The position numbers and the translations under genes are program-made. Positions 40,104 to 49,825 of a DNA stretch of 64,000 nt are shown here, in pieces. Under the pieces are notes generated by a model. It made no database searches. It saw only the letters and a program-made list of their open reading frames with translations, and was not told where the DNA came from. Location: the NCBI GenBank assembly GCA_963707215.1, contig CAVPPB010000003.1:1280001-1344000 (forward strand). The letters run 5' to 3'. This DNA comes from an uncultured Chloroflexia bacterium (GTDB taxonomy: Bacteria; Chloroflexota; Limnocylindria; Limnocylindrales; CSP1-4). Position 1 is the first letter of the stretch. Every line of letters begins with the position of its first letter.

Positions 40104-41401
40104 CCGACCCGTTGCGGCGGAACGAGGTCGCGGACGGCCGCCAGGTACGGCCCGATGGCCGTCTCCCAGTTGTAGTGGTCGGCGGCCAGCCAGAGTGCCC
40201 GCGATCGCATCGCCTCGTAGGCGGCGGGCGGCTGGTCGAGGATGGTCGCCAGGGCCCGGGCAAGGTCGGTCGGGTCGGCCGGGTCGGCTGTCGCACCGAT
40301 CCGACCCGACTCGACGATGGTCCGCATCACCTCGAGGTCTCGCCCGACGACGATCGGGGTGCCGGCCGTGAGCGATTCCCAGAACTTGTTCGGGCTCGAG
40401 AGGCGCTGGTTGAGCGAGTCGGCCGGCACGGCGACGATCGACGCGTCGGCCGAGGCCGTCCAGGCCGGGACGTCATCGGGATGGACCGGGGGGAGGGTCA
40501 CGTGGCGACCGACGAAGCGCGGGTCTCGGTCGCGGTCGCGAAGGCGCTCGGCCCAGGCGCCGAAGCCGAGCACGACGAGGGCGGCGTCAGGCAGGCGAAG
40601 CACGGCCTCGGCGGCCTCGTCCAGGCCCCGGCCCGGCCCAAGGCGGCCCAGGAACAGGACGATCCGTCGTTCCGCGGGCAGGCCGACGGCGGCCCGGATC
40701 AGGTCCGGGCGGGGCTCCGGCGGGGCCCAGCGAGGCTGGCAGTTGAGCAGGACGAGGGGAGGTGGCAGGTCCCATCGGCGGGCCAGGTGGGCGGCCAGGG
40801 ATCCGTTCACCGTCACGACGAGGTCGGCCCGTCTCGCCCAGCGTCGTTCGCGAGCCCGGTACCAGGTCAACAGCGGTCCGGGCACCCGCTCGACGTTGTT
40901 CGAGTCGAGGATCGCATCCGTGACGTCGTAGACGACCCGCCCGGTTCGGCCGGCCCGGCGCGCACGCCGGGCCATCTCGATGGCGACCGGCACGGCCAGC
41001 ATCCCGCAGGCGTGGTACAGGTCGGCCGGCGCCAGCTCGGAACCCAGGGCCGCCCACCAGCCACGGGCCTGGGCAGGCCAGCCGATCCCCTTGAGGGCGA
41101 GGTCGCCGAGATCCGCGATCCGGCCGGCGCCGCGGCGGCTCGTCGGCGGACGCTCGGCCGTGAACCGGGCCCACGGGCCGGTCGGTCGATACCGGCGGAG
41201 GCGGACCGGGCCCTCGCTCTCCTCGACCGGCAGATCCGGACGTCCGACCGCGGCGATCTCGACGTCGTAGCCCTCGGAGGCCAGGCTGCGAGCCACGCGC
41301 AACCCGCGCGAGTACGGGGCAGCTGCGTTGCCGACGAGGACCACTGCCCGCGGAGCGGGTCTCGGCAGATGACCAGGACCGGTCGCCCGGGTGGTCACCA
41401 C
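40100..41401 (-). CDS. Glycosyltransferase family 4
   Basis: SLNQRLSSPNKFWESLTAGTP motif. Confidence 0.88.
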   Translation of the reverse strand: MVTTRATGPGHLPRPAPRAVVLVGNAAAPYSRGLRVARSLASEGYDVEIAAVGRPDLPVEESEGPVRLRRYRPTGPWARFTAERPPTSRRGAGRIADLGDLALKGIGWPAQARGWWAALGSELAPADLYHACGMLAVPVAIEMARRARRAGRTGRVVYDVTDAILDSNNVERVPGPLLTWYRARERRWARRADLVVTVNGSLAAHLARRWDLPPPLVLLNCQPRWAPPEPRPDLIRAAVGLPAERRIVLFLGRLGPGRGLDEAAEAVLRLPDAALVVLGFGAWAERLRDRDRDPRFVGRHVTLPPVHPDDVPAWTASADASIVAVPADSLNQRLSSPNKFWESLTAGTPIVVGRDLEVMRTIVESGRIGATADPADPTDLARALATILDQPPAAYEAMRSRALWLAADHYNWETAIGPYLAAVRDLVPPQRVG

Positions 41402-42798
41402 GGCCGCCCCGTCAGCCGGCCGTACTCGGTCAGCAGCCCCGCCACCTGGGTCTCCCAGGTGTACCGCTCGTGGGCCACCCGGAGCGCCTCGGCCCGCCGA
41501 GCGGCTCGCTGCTCCGGGCCCTCGTCGAGGATCCGCCGGATGGCTGCCGCGATGGAGACCGGGTCGACCGGATCGCAGAGCTCGCCGGCGCCCTCGACGG
41601 CGATCGCGGCCATCCCCGGCAGGTCCGAGGCGACCGCGGGGACCCCGACGGCGATCGCCTCGAGCAGCTTGTTCGGGGTCGTCAGGCGGTGGTTCAGGGT
41701 CGTCGGCTGGATCGGCATCGCCGCGACGTCGGCCGCGGCCACCCAGTCCAGGAGCTCGGTCGGCGGGACCGCCGGCAACACGAAGGCCCGGCCGACCAGG
41801 TCCGGCTCGCTGACCCGCCGCTCGAGGTCGTCGGCCATCGTCCCGTAGCCCATCAGGACGAGGACCGCGTCCGATAGGAGGGGGACGGCCGCGAGGAGCT
41901 GCTCGATCCCGCGATGGGGCGAGAAGCCCCCGTGATAGAGGACGACGGCGACGTCAGCCGGGAGACCGAGCCGCTCGTGGAAGCGCCTGATCGGCGGATC
42001 CGGCGGGTCGGTCCGGTAGGCGCAGTTCATGACCACCAGCGGGAGGTCGACCGGCCAACGGGCGACCATCACGTCGGCGTACGGACGATTGACCGTGACG
42101 ATCCGGTCGGCGCGCCGCGCCCAGCCCCGCTCGAGGCGGCCCAGGATCGAGCGGACCGGGCCGGGCAGGCGGGCGAGGTTGGCTGCGTCGAGGTAGATGT
42201 CCCGGGCGTCATAGACGACGCGCGCCCCACGTCGCTTCGCGAGGTCCAGGGCTACCGGGATGCCCATGTAGGCCATCCCGTGGTAGAGATCGGCGCCCGG
42301 GTCCACCGTGCGGCTGGCACGCTGCTGAGCGCGGACGGTCAGCCCGATCGCCGCCATGCGCCGGGCGGATCCGATCACCCGGCGGAATCGCCAGGTGGCC
42401 GAGGCGCCGTCGGCCGGGCGGGGCTCTTGGGTCGGGGCGTCCCCCCCGGAGCCCGCGGTGGTGTTCGGACGGCGTCGTCGGGCCCTGTACCGCTCGAGCC
42501 GCTCGACGACGGCTCCGGGCAGCGGCAGGCCCGCCAGCGCCGACACGGGGACCCTCCGGATCCGATAGCCGGCCGGATGCTGCTCGTCGGCGGGGAGGTC
42601 GGGAGCGAGACGGGCGACGACGGTGACCTCGTGGCCACGGGCCGCGATCGACGAGGCGATGCGGTACGTCCGGGAATCGTGCTCGGCCGTGGTCGGCAGC
42701 ACCAAGGCCAGGCGCTGGCGGACCGGAGCGCCGTCGGCCTGCGCGGCTGCGGCCGGCGCGTCGCTCGTGTCCACGACCCCCACGCGGGTGGCGGTCAC
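41395..42798 (-). CDS. Glycosyltransferase family 4
   Basis: VYDARDIY and TLNHRLTTPNKLLEAIAVGVP (real 3' part of ORF 41395..44106). Confidence 0.88.
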   Translation of the reverse strand: MTATRVGVVDTSDAPAAAAQADGAPVRQRLALVLPTTAEHDSRTYRIASSIAARGHEVTVVARLAPDLPADEQHPAGYRIRRVPVSALAGLPLPGAVVERLERYRARRRRPNTTAGSGGDAPTQEPRPADGASATWRFRRVIGSARRMAAIGLTVRAQQRASRTVDPGADLYHGMAYMGIPVALDLAKRRGARVVYDARDIYLDAANLARLPGPVRSILGRLERGWARRADRIVTVNRPYADVMVARWPVDLPLVVMNCAYRTDPPDPPIRRFHERLGLPADVAVVLYHGGFSPHRGIEQLLAAVPLLSDAVLVLMGYGTMADDLERRVSEPDLVGRAFVLPAVPPTELLDWVAAADVAAMPIQPTTLNHRLTTPNKLLEAIAVGVPAVASDLPGMAAIAVEGAGELCDPVDPVSIAAAIRRILDEGPEQRAARRAEALRVAHERYTWETQVAGLLTEYGRLTGRPW

Positions 42799-44084
42799 GC
42801 GGCCGGGCCCTCCCGCTCGAGGTCCGCGTACAGGGCGACGAGCCCGGCGACCTCGGCTTCCCAGTTCCAGCGCTCGCGTGCCGCCCGGCGGCAGCGCGCT
42901 CGCAGGTCCTCGCTCGCCTCGGCGGGCAGATCGAGCAGCGAGCGGATCGCGGCCGCGATGGCCGCCGGGTCGGTCGGGTCGCAGACCACCCCGAGCGGCC
43001 CATCCGGATCGTCGAGCAGCACGCCCCGGATGCCCGGGAAGTCGCTCGCCACCACCGGGATGCCCGCGGCGAGCGATTCGAAGAGCTTGTTGGGCGTCGA
43101 GAGGACGTAGTTGAGGGAGTCGGGCTGGAGCGCCAGCGCCTCGACATCCGCCGAGGCGACCCAGTCCACGACGTCCTCGGGCGGTACCGGGTCGAGGACG
43201 TGGACCCGCCCGCCGGCCCGTCGATCGGCGGCCCGCTCGACGAGGAGCTCCCGCAGCGGGCCGAAACCCAGGAAGGCCACGTGCACACCGGCAAGCTCCG
43301 GGCGCAGGGCGGCGTCGGCGAGCTGCTCCAGGCCCCGGTGAGCCCGGAAACCACCGTGGTGGAGGACGATCCGGTCGGCGGGTGGGATGTCGAGCGCCTC
43401 CCGGAGCCGATCGGACGGCACCGGGGCATCGGGCCGCCGCGGAGGGCAGTTGTGGACCACGACGACGCGGCCGATGCCGAGGCCGGGCCCCAGGCGCTCG
43501 GCAAGGGCCTGGTTGACCGTGACCAGAGCCACGGCCTCGGCTGCCCAGCGGCGTTCCTGGGCATCGATCCGGGCGATCGCCCAGGCCGGCCGGCCGACGA
43601 AGCTGCCCGAGCCGAGGAAGAGCTCGTGACTGTCGTACACGACCCGCCCGCCGTTCCGTCGGGCAGCCTCGACCGCAGCCGGGAGGCCGGTCAGGTCGTG
43701 GCCGTGGTAGACATCGGCCGGTGGGGCCGCTCGCGCAGCGGTCCGGGCCCAACCGAGGTTGCCCAGCCACCAGGCGGCCAGCCAGTCGAGCGTGTCGAGG
43801 CGTGCCGGGCCGTGGACGGCCGGTCGTGGCCGGATCCGCCGGGCGACCCATGCGGCCAGCCGCCATGGGGCCCGGATCCAGCGCCACCAGCGTCGGTAGC
43901 GGGGCAGGCGGACGCGGATGATCTCCAGGTCGTCGCGCTGGGTGCGCTCGAGGGCCCGGGGTGAGCCCGGATCGAGCGTTCCGACGATGGTCAGCCGATG
44001 GCCGGCGTCGCGGAGACTGGCTGCCTCCTTGAGGACCCGGGCGTCTGCCGACAGGTCGTTGCGGACGAACATGACGACCTTCAC
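42795..44084 (-). CDS. Glycosyltransferase family 4
   Basis: DARVLKEA, VYDSHE and SLNYVLSTPNKLFESLAAGIP motifs. Confidence 0.9.
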   Translation of the reverse strand: MKVVMFVRNDLSADARVLKEAASLRDAGHRLTIVGTLDPGSPRALERTQRDDLEIIRVRLPRYRRWWRWIRAPWRLAAWVARRIRPRPAVHGPARLDTLDWLAAWWLGNLGWARTAARAAPPADVYHGHDLTGLPAAVEAARRNGGRVVYDSHELFLGSGSFVGRPAWAIARIDAQERRWAAEAVALVTVNQALAERLGPGLGIGRVVVVHNCPPRRPDAPVPSDRLREALDIPPADRIVLHHGGFRAHRGLEQLADAALRPELAGVHVAFLGFGPLRELLVERAADRRAGGRVHVLDPVPPEDVVDWVASADVEALALQPDSLNYVLSTPNKLFESLAAGIPVVASDFPGIRGVLLDDPDGPLGVVCDPTDPAAIAAAIRSLLDLPAEASEDLRARCRRAARERWNWEAEVAGLVALYADLEREGPAA

Positions 44085-44124
44085 CGGTCGTGCGGTCCCT
44101 CGTCATCCGGACGGTCGGTCGCCC

Positions 44125-45252
44125 TCACCGCCCGCTCTCCAGCGCCGCGGCGATCAGCTCGTCCGCGCCGACCCGTGGCACGACGACCCCCCGGGCCCGG
44201 GCCGCGGCCAGCTCGTCGGATCGGCCGGCCGGAGCCAGGCGGTCGAGCGCCTCGACGGCCCGGACCCGGTCGAGGCCCACCAGGACCATCCGGCCGCCCG
44301 ATCCGGCGACGGCCTCGACCCACTCGGTGGCATCGCGCAGGATCAGGCAGGGGACGCCCAGCCAGGCCGCCTCGCGCTGGACGCCGCCGGAGTCGGTGAG
44401 GACCGCGGCCGCGTGGAGCTGCAGGGCCAAGGCCGTCCGATATCCCACCGGCCGGACGACGCGCACGTCCCGGGACAGCTCGATCCCCGCGGTCGCCAGC
44501 GAGGCGGCCGTCCCGGGGTGGAGCGGCAGGACGACCGGCCGGTCGTCGCGGGCGACGGCCCCCAGGAGATCGGTCCAGCCGCGAAGCGCCTCCGCGGAAC
44601 GGTTCGCCGCCCGGTGGACCGTCGCCAGGAGGTAGCCGCCGGGACGGAGCTCGAGCCCGGGCGCCTCTGCTCGGAGTCGACCCTCGATGGGCTCGAGGAC
44701 GGCCGGGTCACGGACCTCCATCGCGGTCCGGGCAGCGAGGTCCTGGAGGACGTCGCCCACGAGGTGGACGCCGTCGACGATGCCCTCGGCAGCGAGGTTC
44801 GCCACGGCCGCCGGCGTCGGCGCGAAGCACCACCTCGAGAGATGATCCGCGACGACCCGGTTGACTTCCTCCGGCATCGATCGATCGAAGCTCCGAAGGC
44901 CGGCCTCGACGTGGGCGACCGTCAGGCCGAGCTTCGCTGCTACGAGCGCCCCCGCGAGGGTCGAGTTGGTGTCCCCGTAGACGAGGACGGCGTCGGGTCG
45001 CTCGGACTCGAGGATGGGTTCGAGCGCCGCCATCATCCGCCCGGTCTGCTCCGCCTGGCCGCCACCGCCGATCCCGAGGCTGTGGTCGGGTCGGGGCAAG
45101 CCGAGCTCGTCGAAGAAGTCGCCGGCCATGGCGTCGTCCCAGTGCTGGCCGGTGTCGACGAAGACCTCGTCATGGCGCTCGCGGAGCGCCGGCAGGAGAG
45201 CAGCCGCCTTGATGAGCTGCGGCCGGGTCCCGACGACCGAGACGAGGCGCAC
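44125..45252 (-). CDS. wecB: UDP-N-acetylglucosamine 2-epimerase (non-hydrolysing; WecB/WbpI-like)
   Basis: VGTRPQLIK, GDTNST, HVEAGLRS and TDSGGVQREA motifs. Confidence 0.92.
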   Translation of the reverse strand: MRLVSVVGTRPQLIKAAALLPALRERHDEVFVDTGQHWDDAMAGDFFDELGLPRPDHSLGIGGGGQAEQTGRMMAALEPILESERPDAVLVYGDTNSTLAGALVAAKLGLTVAHVEAGLRSFDRSMPEEVNRVVADHLSRWCFAPTPAAVANLAAEGIVDGVHLVGDVLQDLAARTAMEVRDPAVLEPIEGRLRAEAPGLELRPGGYLLATVHRAANRSAEALRGWTDLLGAVARDDRPVVLPLHPGTAASLATAGIELSRDVRVVRPVGYRTALALQLHAAAVLTDSGGVQREAAWLGVPCLILRDATEWVEAVAGSGGRMVLVGLDRVRAVEALDRLAPAGRSDELAAARARGVVVPRVGADELIAAALESGR

Positions 45253-45257
45253 GCCGG

Positions 45258-46700
45258 TCAGCCGCGGGTCGCGGCCCCGGCCAGGCCCCGACCCACCCCG
45301 GGCACGCCGACGCCCAGGTAGGTCACCCGATCGGGCAGGGCCAGGTCGCGGAGGCTGTTGCGACCGTCGTAGACGAGCTCGAGACCGGGGAAGCGCTCGA
45401 CGTCGAGCCTCCGCCAGGTCGGGTCGGCCGTCTGGGTGACGATCGCCCGCGCGACGGACTGCTCGCCCCACCGGTACGGGTCGGCCCCCAGGGCGGCGAC
45501 CTCCTCGTCGGAGAGGAGTGGGTCGGCAGCCGAGACGACGGCCCCGCGGACGCGGAGCTGCTCGATCAGCGGGAGCGCCCTCGAGTAGGCCAGCTCCTTG
45601 ACGCCGTCGCGATAGGTCAGCCCGAGGACGAGGACCGGGGCACCCTCGAGGCCGCCGAGCGTCTCCTGGATCGCCCGCACGGCCTGCCCGACCTGGCCGT
45701 CGTTGACCCGGCGGGACAGCTCCACGAGCTCCATCTCCGGGGCCCTCGACAGCAGGAAGTGCGGGTAGACGGGGATGCAGTGACCGCCGACGCCGATGCC
45801 CGGCTGGTGGATGTGGCTGTACGGCTGACTGTTGGCCGCGGCGATCACCTCGCCGATGTCCACCCCGACCCGGGCCGCGTAGCGGGCGAACTCGTTGGCC
45901 AGGGCGATGTTGACGTCACGGTAGGTCGTGTCGGCGAGCTTGCTGAACTCGGCGGCCTCCGCCGACGACATCCGGACGACCTCGGCATCGAGCACCGAGG
46001 CGTAGAACGCCGTCGCCCGGTCCCCGGACACGGGCCCGATGCCCCCCACGAGCTTGGGATACATGGCGAGGTTTCGGAGGGCCGAGCCGGAGTAGAGGCG
46101 TTCCGGGGAGAACGCGACGAAGAGGTCCGCGTCGCCGGACAGCCCGGACGCGTCCTCGAGCCGCGGCAGGTAGCGGCCCCGCGTGTCGCCGACCGGGAGG
46201 GTCGTCTCGAAGACGACCAGCGAACCGGCATGGACCCCCGGCCCGATCGCCTCGACGGCAGCGTCCATGAACCGATAGTCCGGCTGCTGCTCATCGTCCA
46301 GCATGACGGGGACGATGAGGACGACGACGTCCGCGGCCAGGGCCGCCGAGGCTCCGTCGGTCGTCGCCGAGAGAAGGCCGGCGCCGTGCGCCTCGGCCAC
46401 CATGTCGGCGAGACCGGGCTCTTCCGTGACGTGCGAGACCCCCGCGTTGATCGCGTCGACGACGGCCTGCTGGACATCCACCGCGATGACCCGCCAGCCG
46501 TGCGACGCGAACTGGGCGCAGAGCGGCAGGCCCATCTTGCCGGCGCCCACCACGGCGACGGTCCCGGCGGTCCCGGGCGCACCGGCCCACGTCTCGACCC
46601 GCCGGGCTGGCTCGTGCTCGCACGGGGCCAGCGCCGACTCGATCGAGCCGCCGAGGAGACTCGGCCCGGTGGCGGACGGGCGATCGACGATCCTGGTCAT
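45258..46700 (-). CDS. Nucleotide-sugar dehydrogenase (second copy)
   Basis: GAGKMGLP, SPER, TYRDVNIALANE and GVGGHCIPV motifs. Confidence 0.9.
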   Translation of the reverse strand: MTRIVDRPSATGPSLLGGSIESALAPCEHEPARRVETWAGAPGTAGTVAVVGAGKMGLPLCAQFASHGWRVIAVDVQQAVVDAINAGVSHVTEEPGLADMVAEAHGAGLLSATTDGASAALAADVVVLIVPVMLDDEQQPDYRFMDAAVEAIGPGVHAGSLVVFETTLPVGDTRGRYLPRLEDASGLSGDADLFVAFSPERLYSGSALRNLAMYPKLVGGIGPVSGDRATAFYASVLDAEVVRMSSAEAAEFSKLADTTYRDVNIALANEFARYAARVGVDIGEVIAAANSQPYSHIHQPGIGVGGHCIPVYPHFLLSRAPEMELVELSRRVNDGQVGQAVRAIQETLGGLEGAPVLVLGLTYRDGVKELAYSRALPLIEQLRVRGAVVSAADPLLSDEEVAALGADPYRWGEQSVARAIVTQTADPTWRRLDVERFPGLELVYDGRNSLRDLALPDRVTYLGVGVPGVGRGLAGAATRG

Positions 46701-47749
46701 CGGATGCCAAGCCTCGTGGACAGGTCGGAGAGGTCGACGGGCCGCCGATCGCTGGCCGCAGTCAGGAGGGCGCCGGCGGTCGCCAGGGCCCAGAGGCCGT
46801 CCTCGGCGTCGACCACGGGCCGGCCGCCCTCGCGGACGACCGCGACGAAGGCGTCGAGCTCGGCCGCCAGGGGCTCGTGGGCGGTGACCGGCAGCTCGGC
46901 GACCTCGTTCTCGAAGGTGGGTGCGTAGCCGCGGATGAGGGTCGGGTGCGACACGTCGGCGGCCCGGGTGAAGGTCAGCCGCTGGGTGAGGTAGTCGAGC
47001 TCGAACATCCCCTCCTCGCCGGTCACGACGAGCTGGCGACGCTTCGCGGGGGTGAGCCAGTTGACGTCGAGTGTGCCGGTCGCACCGCCGGGGAAGTGGA
47101 GCAAGCCGAAGAGCAGGTCCTCGTGGTCGGCATGGACCCGCTGGGCGGTCTCGGCATACACGCGATCGGCGCGCTCCCCGACGACCCAGGAGAGGATGTC
47201 GACGTCATGGGTCGCCAGGTCGATCGTGACCCCCACGTCCCGGATCCGGGCGGGGAAGGGACCGGCCCGGCGGCTGGCGATCGCGTAGACCGTCGAGAGC
47301 CAGCCGTCCTCGATCAGCCGGCCCAGCTCCAGGACCGCCGGGTTGAAGCGCTCCACGTGACCGACCTGGACGGGAACGCCGGTCCGGCGGGAGGCGGCGA
47401 CGATCTCGAGGCCCTCGTCGACCGACGCCGCAAGCGGCTTCTCGACGAGGACCGCGACGCCACGCTCGATCGCCGTCATGGCGAGCGCGTGGTGGGCGGT
47501 CGTCGGCGCGGCGATCACGAGAGCGTCGAGCTCGGCCTCGGCCAGCATCGCGAGCGGTTCGGCGAACCCGGCGGCGCCCGTCCGCTGGATCGCCTCGTCG
47601 AGGGCAGCCGGGACCGGGTCGGCGACGGCCGCCAGCGTCGCATCGTCGCGGCCGCCGATCACCCGGAGGTGGTTCCGGCCCATCGACCCGAGCCCGGCCA
47701 GGCCGAAGCGCAGGCGGCGCTCGCCGGCCGGCGACCAGGCTGTCGTCAT
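46697..47749 (-). CDS. Gfo/Idh/MocA 3-dehydrogenase (WbpB/WlbA-like)
   Basis: GLGSMGRNH, VEKP, GHVERFNPA and DLATHD motifs; operon context. Confidence 0.85.
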   Translation of the reverse strand: MTTAWSPAGERRLRFGLAGLGSMGRNHLRVIGGRDDATLAAVADPVPAALDEAIQRTGAAGFAEPLAMLAEAELDALVIAAPTTAHHALAMTAIERGVAVLVEKPLAASVDEGLEIVAASRRTGVPVQVGHVERFNPAVLELGRLIEDGWLSTVYAIASRRAGPFPARIRDVGVTIDLATHDVDILSWVVGERADRVYAETAQRVHADHEDLLFGLLHFPGGATGTLDVNWLTPAKRRQLVVTGEEGMFELDYLTQRLTFTRAADVSHPTLIRGYAPTFENEVAELPVTAHEPLAAELDAFVAVVREGGRPVVDAEDGLWALATAGALLTAASDRRPVDLSDLSTRLGIR

Positions 47750-48855
47750 CGGGCGACCGCCTCCGTGGCCTCGGCGCGGCGCAGGACGGCGTCGTGGACC
47801 GCGGCGATCACCTGCTCGACCTCGTCATCGGTCAGGCCGGGGAACATCGGCAGGGAGAGCGACCGGTCGGCGGCCCGGTCGGTCACCGGCAGGTCCGCCT
47901 CGATGCCCCGCTCCAGGACGTAGGCCTGGCGATGGACCGGGATCGGGTAGTAGATGCCGACCCCGATCCCCGCCTCCCGCAGGTCGCCGACGATGGCGTC
48001 CCGCGCGGGGCCAACGTCGAGGGTGTACTGGTGGTAGACGTGGGTCCGGTCGGCCGGGGTGACCGGCGTCCGGATCGGGAGGTCGGCGAAGCCGGCGTCG
48101 TAGGCCGCGGCGATGGCCTGCCGGCGAGTCGTGTTGCGCTCGAGCTTGTCGAGCTGGACGAGGCCGATCGCGGCGGCGATGTCGGTCAGCCGGAAGTTGT
48201 AGCCCAGGATGTCGTGGTGGTAGCGCTCCCGCATCCCCTGGTTGCGGTAGAGGCGGATCCAGTCGGCCAGCCGCTCGTCGTCGGTGGTGATGAGGCCGCC
48301 CTCGCCGGTCGTCAGGTTCTTGGTGCCGTAGAGGCTGAAGGCAGCGTGCCCGAACGAGCCGGCCCGAGCGCCCCGGAAGGTCGCCCCGTGGGCCTGGCAG
48401 GCGTCCTCGACGACCGCCACGCCGTGACGATCGGCGATGGCCCTGATCATGTCCATGTCGGCGACCAGCCCGAACAGGTGGACCGGGCAGATGGCCCGGG
48501 TCCGAGGCGTGATCGCACCCTCGATCCGGGCCGCGTCGATGAGGTAGGTGTCCGGTTCGATGTCGACGAAGACCGGGGTGGCGCCGGTCGAGAGGATGGC
48601 GCTCACCGTCGCGTTGAACGTGTGGCCGACGGTGATGACCTCGTCGCCCGGGCCCAGGCCCAGCCCGGCGTAGATGCACATCAGGGCGACCGTGCCGTTG
48701 CTGACGGCGACCGCCTCGTTCGTCCCGACGAACTCGGCCCACCTGCGCTCGAGGTCGGCGACGCGGGAGCCCTGGGCGATCATGCCGCTGCGAAGGACCT
48801 TGCTGACGGCGTCGATCTCCTCCTGGCCGATGTCGGGACGGACCTGCGGGATCAT
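47746..48855 (-). CDS. DegT/DnrJ/EryC1/StrS aminotransferase (WbpE/WlbC-like)
   Basis: EDACQAHG, SLYGTKNLTTGEGG and GYNFRL motifs. Confidence 0.92.
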   Translation of the reverse strand: MIPQVRPDIGQEEIDAVSKVLRSGMIAQGSRVADLERRWAEFVGTNEAVAVSNGTVALMCIYAGLGLGPGDEVITVGHTFNATVSAILSTGATPVFVDIEPDTYLIDAARIEGAITPRTRAICPVHLFGLVADMDMIRAIADRHGVAVVEDACQAHGATFRGARAGSFGHAAFSLYGTKNLTTGEGGLITTDDERLADWIRLYRNQGMRERYHHDILGYNFRLTDIAAAIGLVQLDKLERNTTRRQAIAAAYDAGFADLPIRTPVTPADRTHVYHQYTLDVGPARDAIVGDLREAGIGVGIYYPIPVHRQAYVLERGIEADLPVTDRAADRSLSLPMFPGLTDDEVEQVIAAVHDAVLRRAEATEAVAR

Positions 48856-49514
48856 GCGGGAGCACCTCTGGGTGGGACGAGCGGTCGCTCGACGAGCAGC
48901 TCGTCGTCGGGATCGTAGACGTAGACGCGTCCGCAGGACGGACAGGCGAGGTCGTCATCGTGGTCCGGCTCAGCCGGAGCCGGGGCGTCGCCGGAACGGA
49001 GGCGAGCACCGCAGGCACAGACCCAGCCGAGCCGGCGAGCCGGGTTGCCGACGACCAGGGCATGGTCGGGAACGGCACGGGTGACGACCGCACCGGCCCC
49101 GACCGTCGCGAAGCGACCGACGTCGATGCCGGCCACGACGACCGCGCCGGCCCCGATGGAGCAGCCGTGGCGGAGGACGATCGGGCTGACCGCCCAGTCG
49201 TCGGCCCGGGCGAGCTCGCCGGTGGCGGTGATGGCCCGCGGGAAGCGGTCGTTCGTCAGGATCGCATTGGGCCCGATGAAGACCCCATCCTCGACGGTCA
49301 CGCCGTGGTAGACGAGGGCGGCGTTCTGGATCTTGACCCGGTCGCCGATGGCGACGCCCTCGTCGATGAAGGCGTCGCGTCCGACGACGCACTCGGCACC
49401 GATGCGGGCCCCGGTCCGGATCTGCGCCCGATGCCAGACCGAGGTCCGAGGGCCCACCGCCACGTCAGCCTCGACGTCGGCCGTGGGGTGGACGCGCGCG
49501 GTCGGGTCGATCAC
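48852..49514 (-). CDS. Hexapeptide-repeat N-acetyltransferase (WbpD/WlbB-like)
   Basis: KIQN, FIGP...TND, GNPAR...GWVCACG and CPSCG motifs. Confidence 0.9.
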   Translation of the reverse strand: MIDPTARVHPTADVEADVAVGPRTSVWHRAQIRTGARIGAECVVGRDAFIDEGVAIGDRVKIQNAALVYHGVTVEDGVFIGPNAILTNDRFPRAITATGELARADDWAVSPIVLRHGCSIGAGAVVVAGIDVGRFATVGAGAVVTRAVPDHALVVGNPARRLGWVCACGARLRSGDAPAPAEPDHDDDLACPSCGRVYVYDPDDELLVERPLVPPRGAPA

Positions 49515-49825
49515 GGGGACGATGGGCTCCTGTCCTGGCTCGGGCTCGGTCGCACGGGGATCGGGTCGGTCGGGGGGACCGTGCCGCGCGCAGACGACCA
49601 AGCCCGGAGTATAGCCGAGGCCCGTCGACTGACCGGCGGCGGGAGGCGGCGGGCGGAGCCGGGGCGGGATCCACTTGGGCAGCCGCGGTATCCTGCCGCT
49701 CGTGCCGGCATCGGAGCGCCGGCCATCGATGGGAGGACCGGACGCTGCGTGATCGTCGGGGCGCCACTGAGCTGCTGGGTGCCCCCTGCCGGGACGTCCG
49801 ACTCGGGCGCCTGAGCCTCATCACG

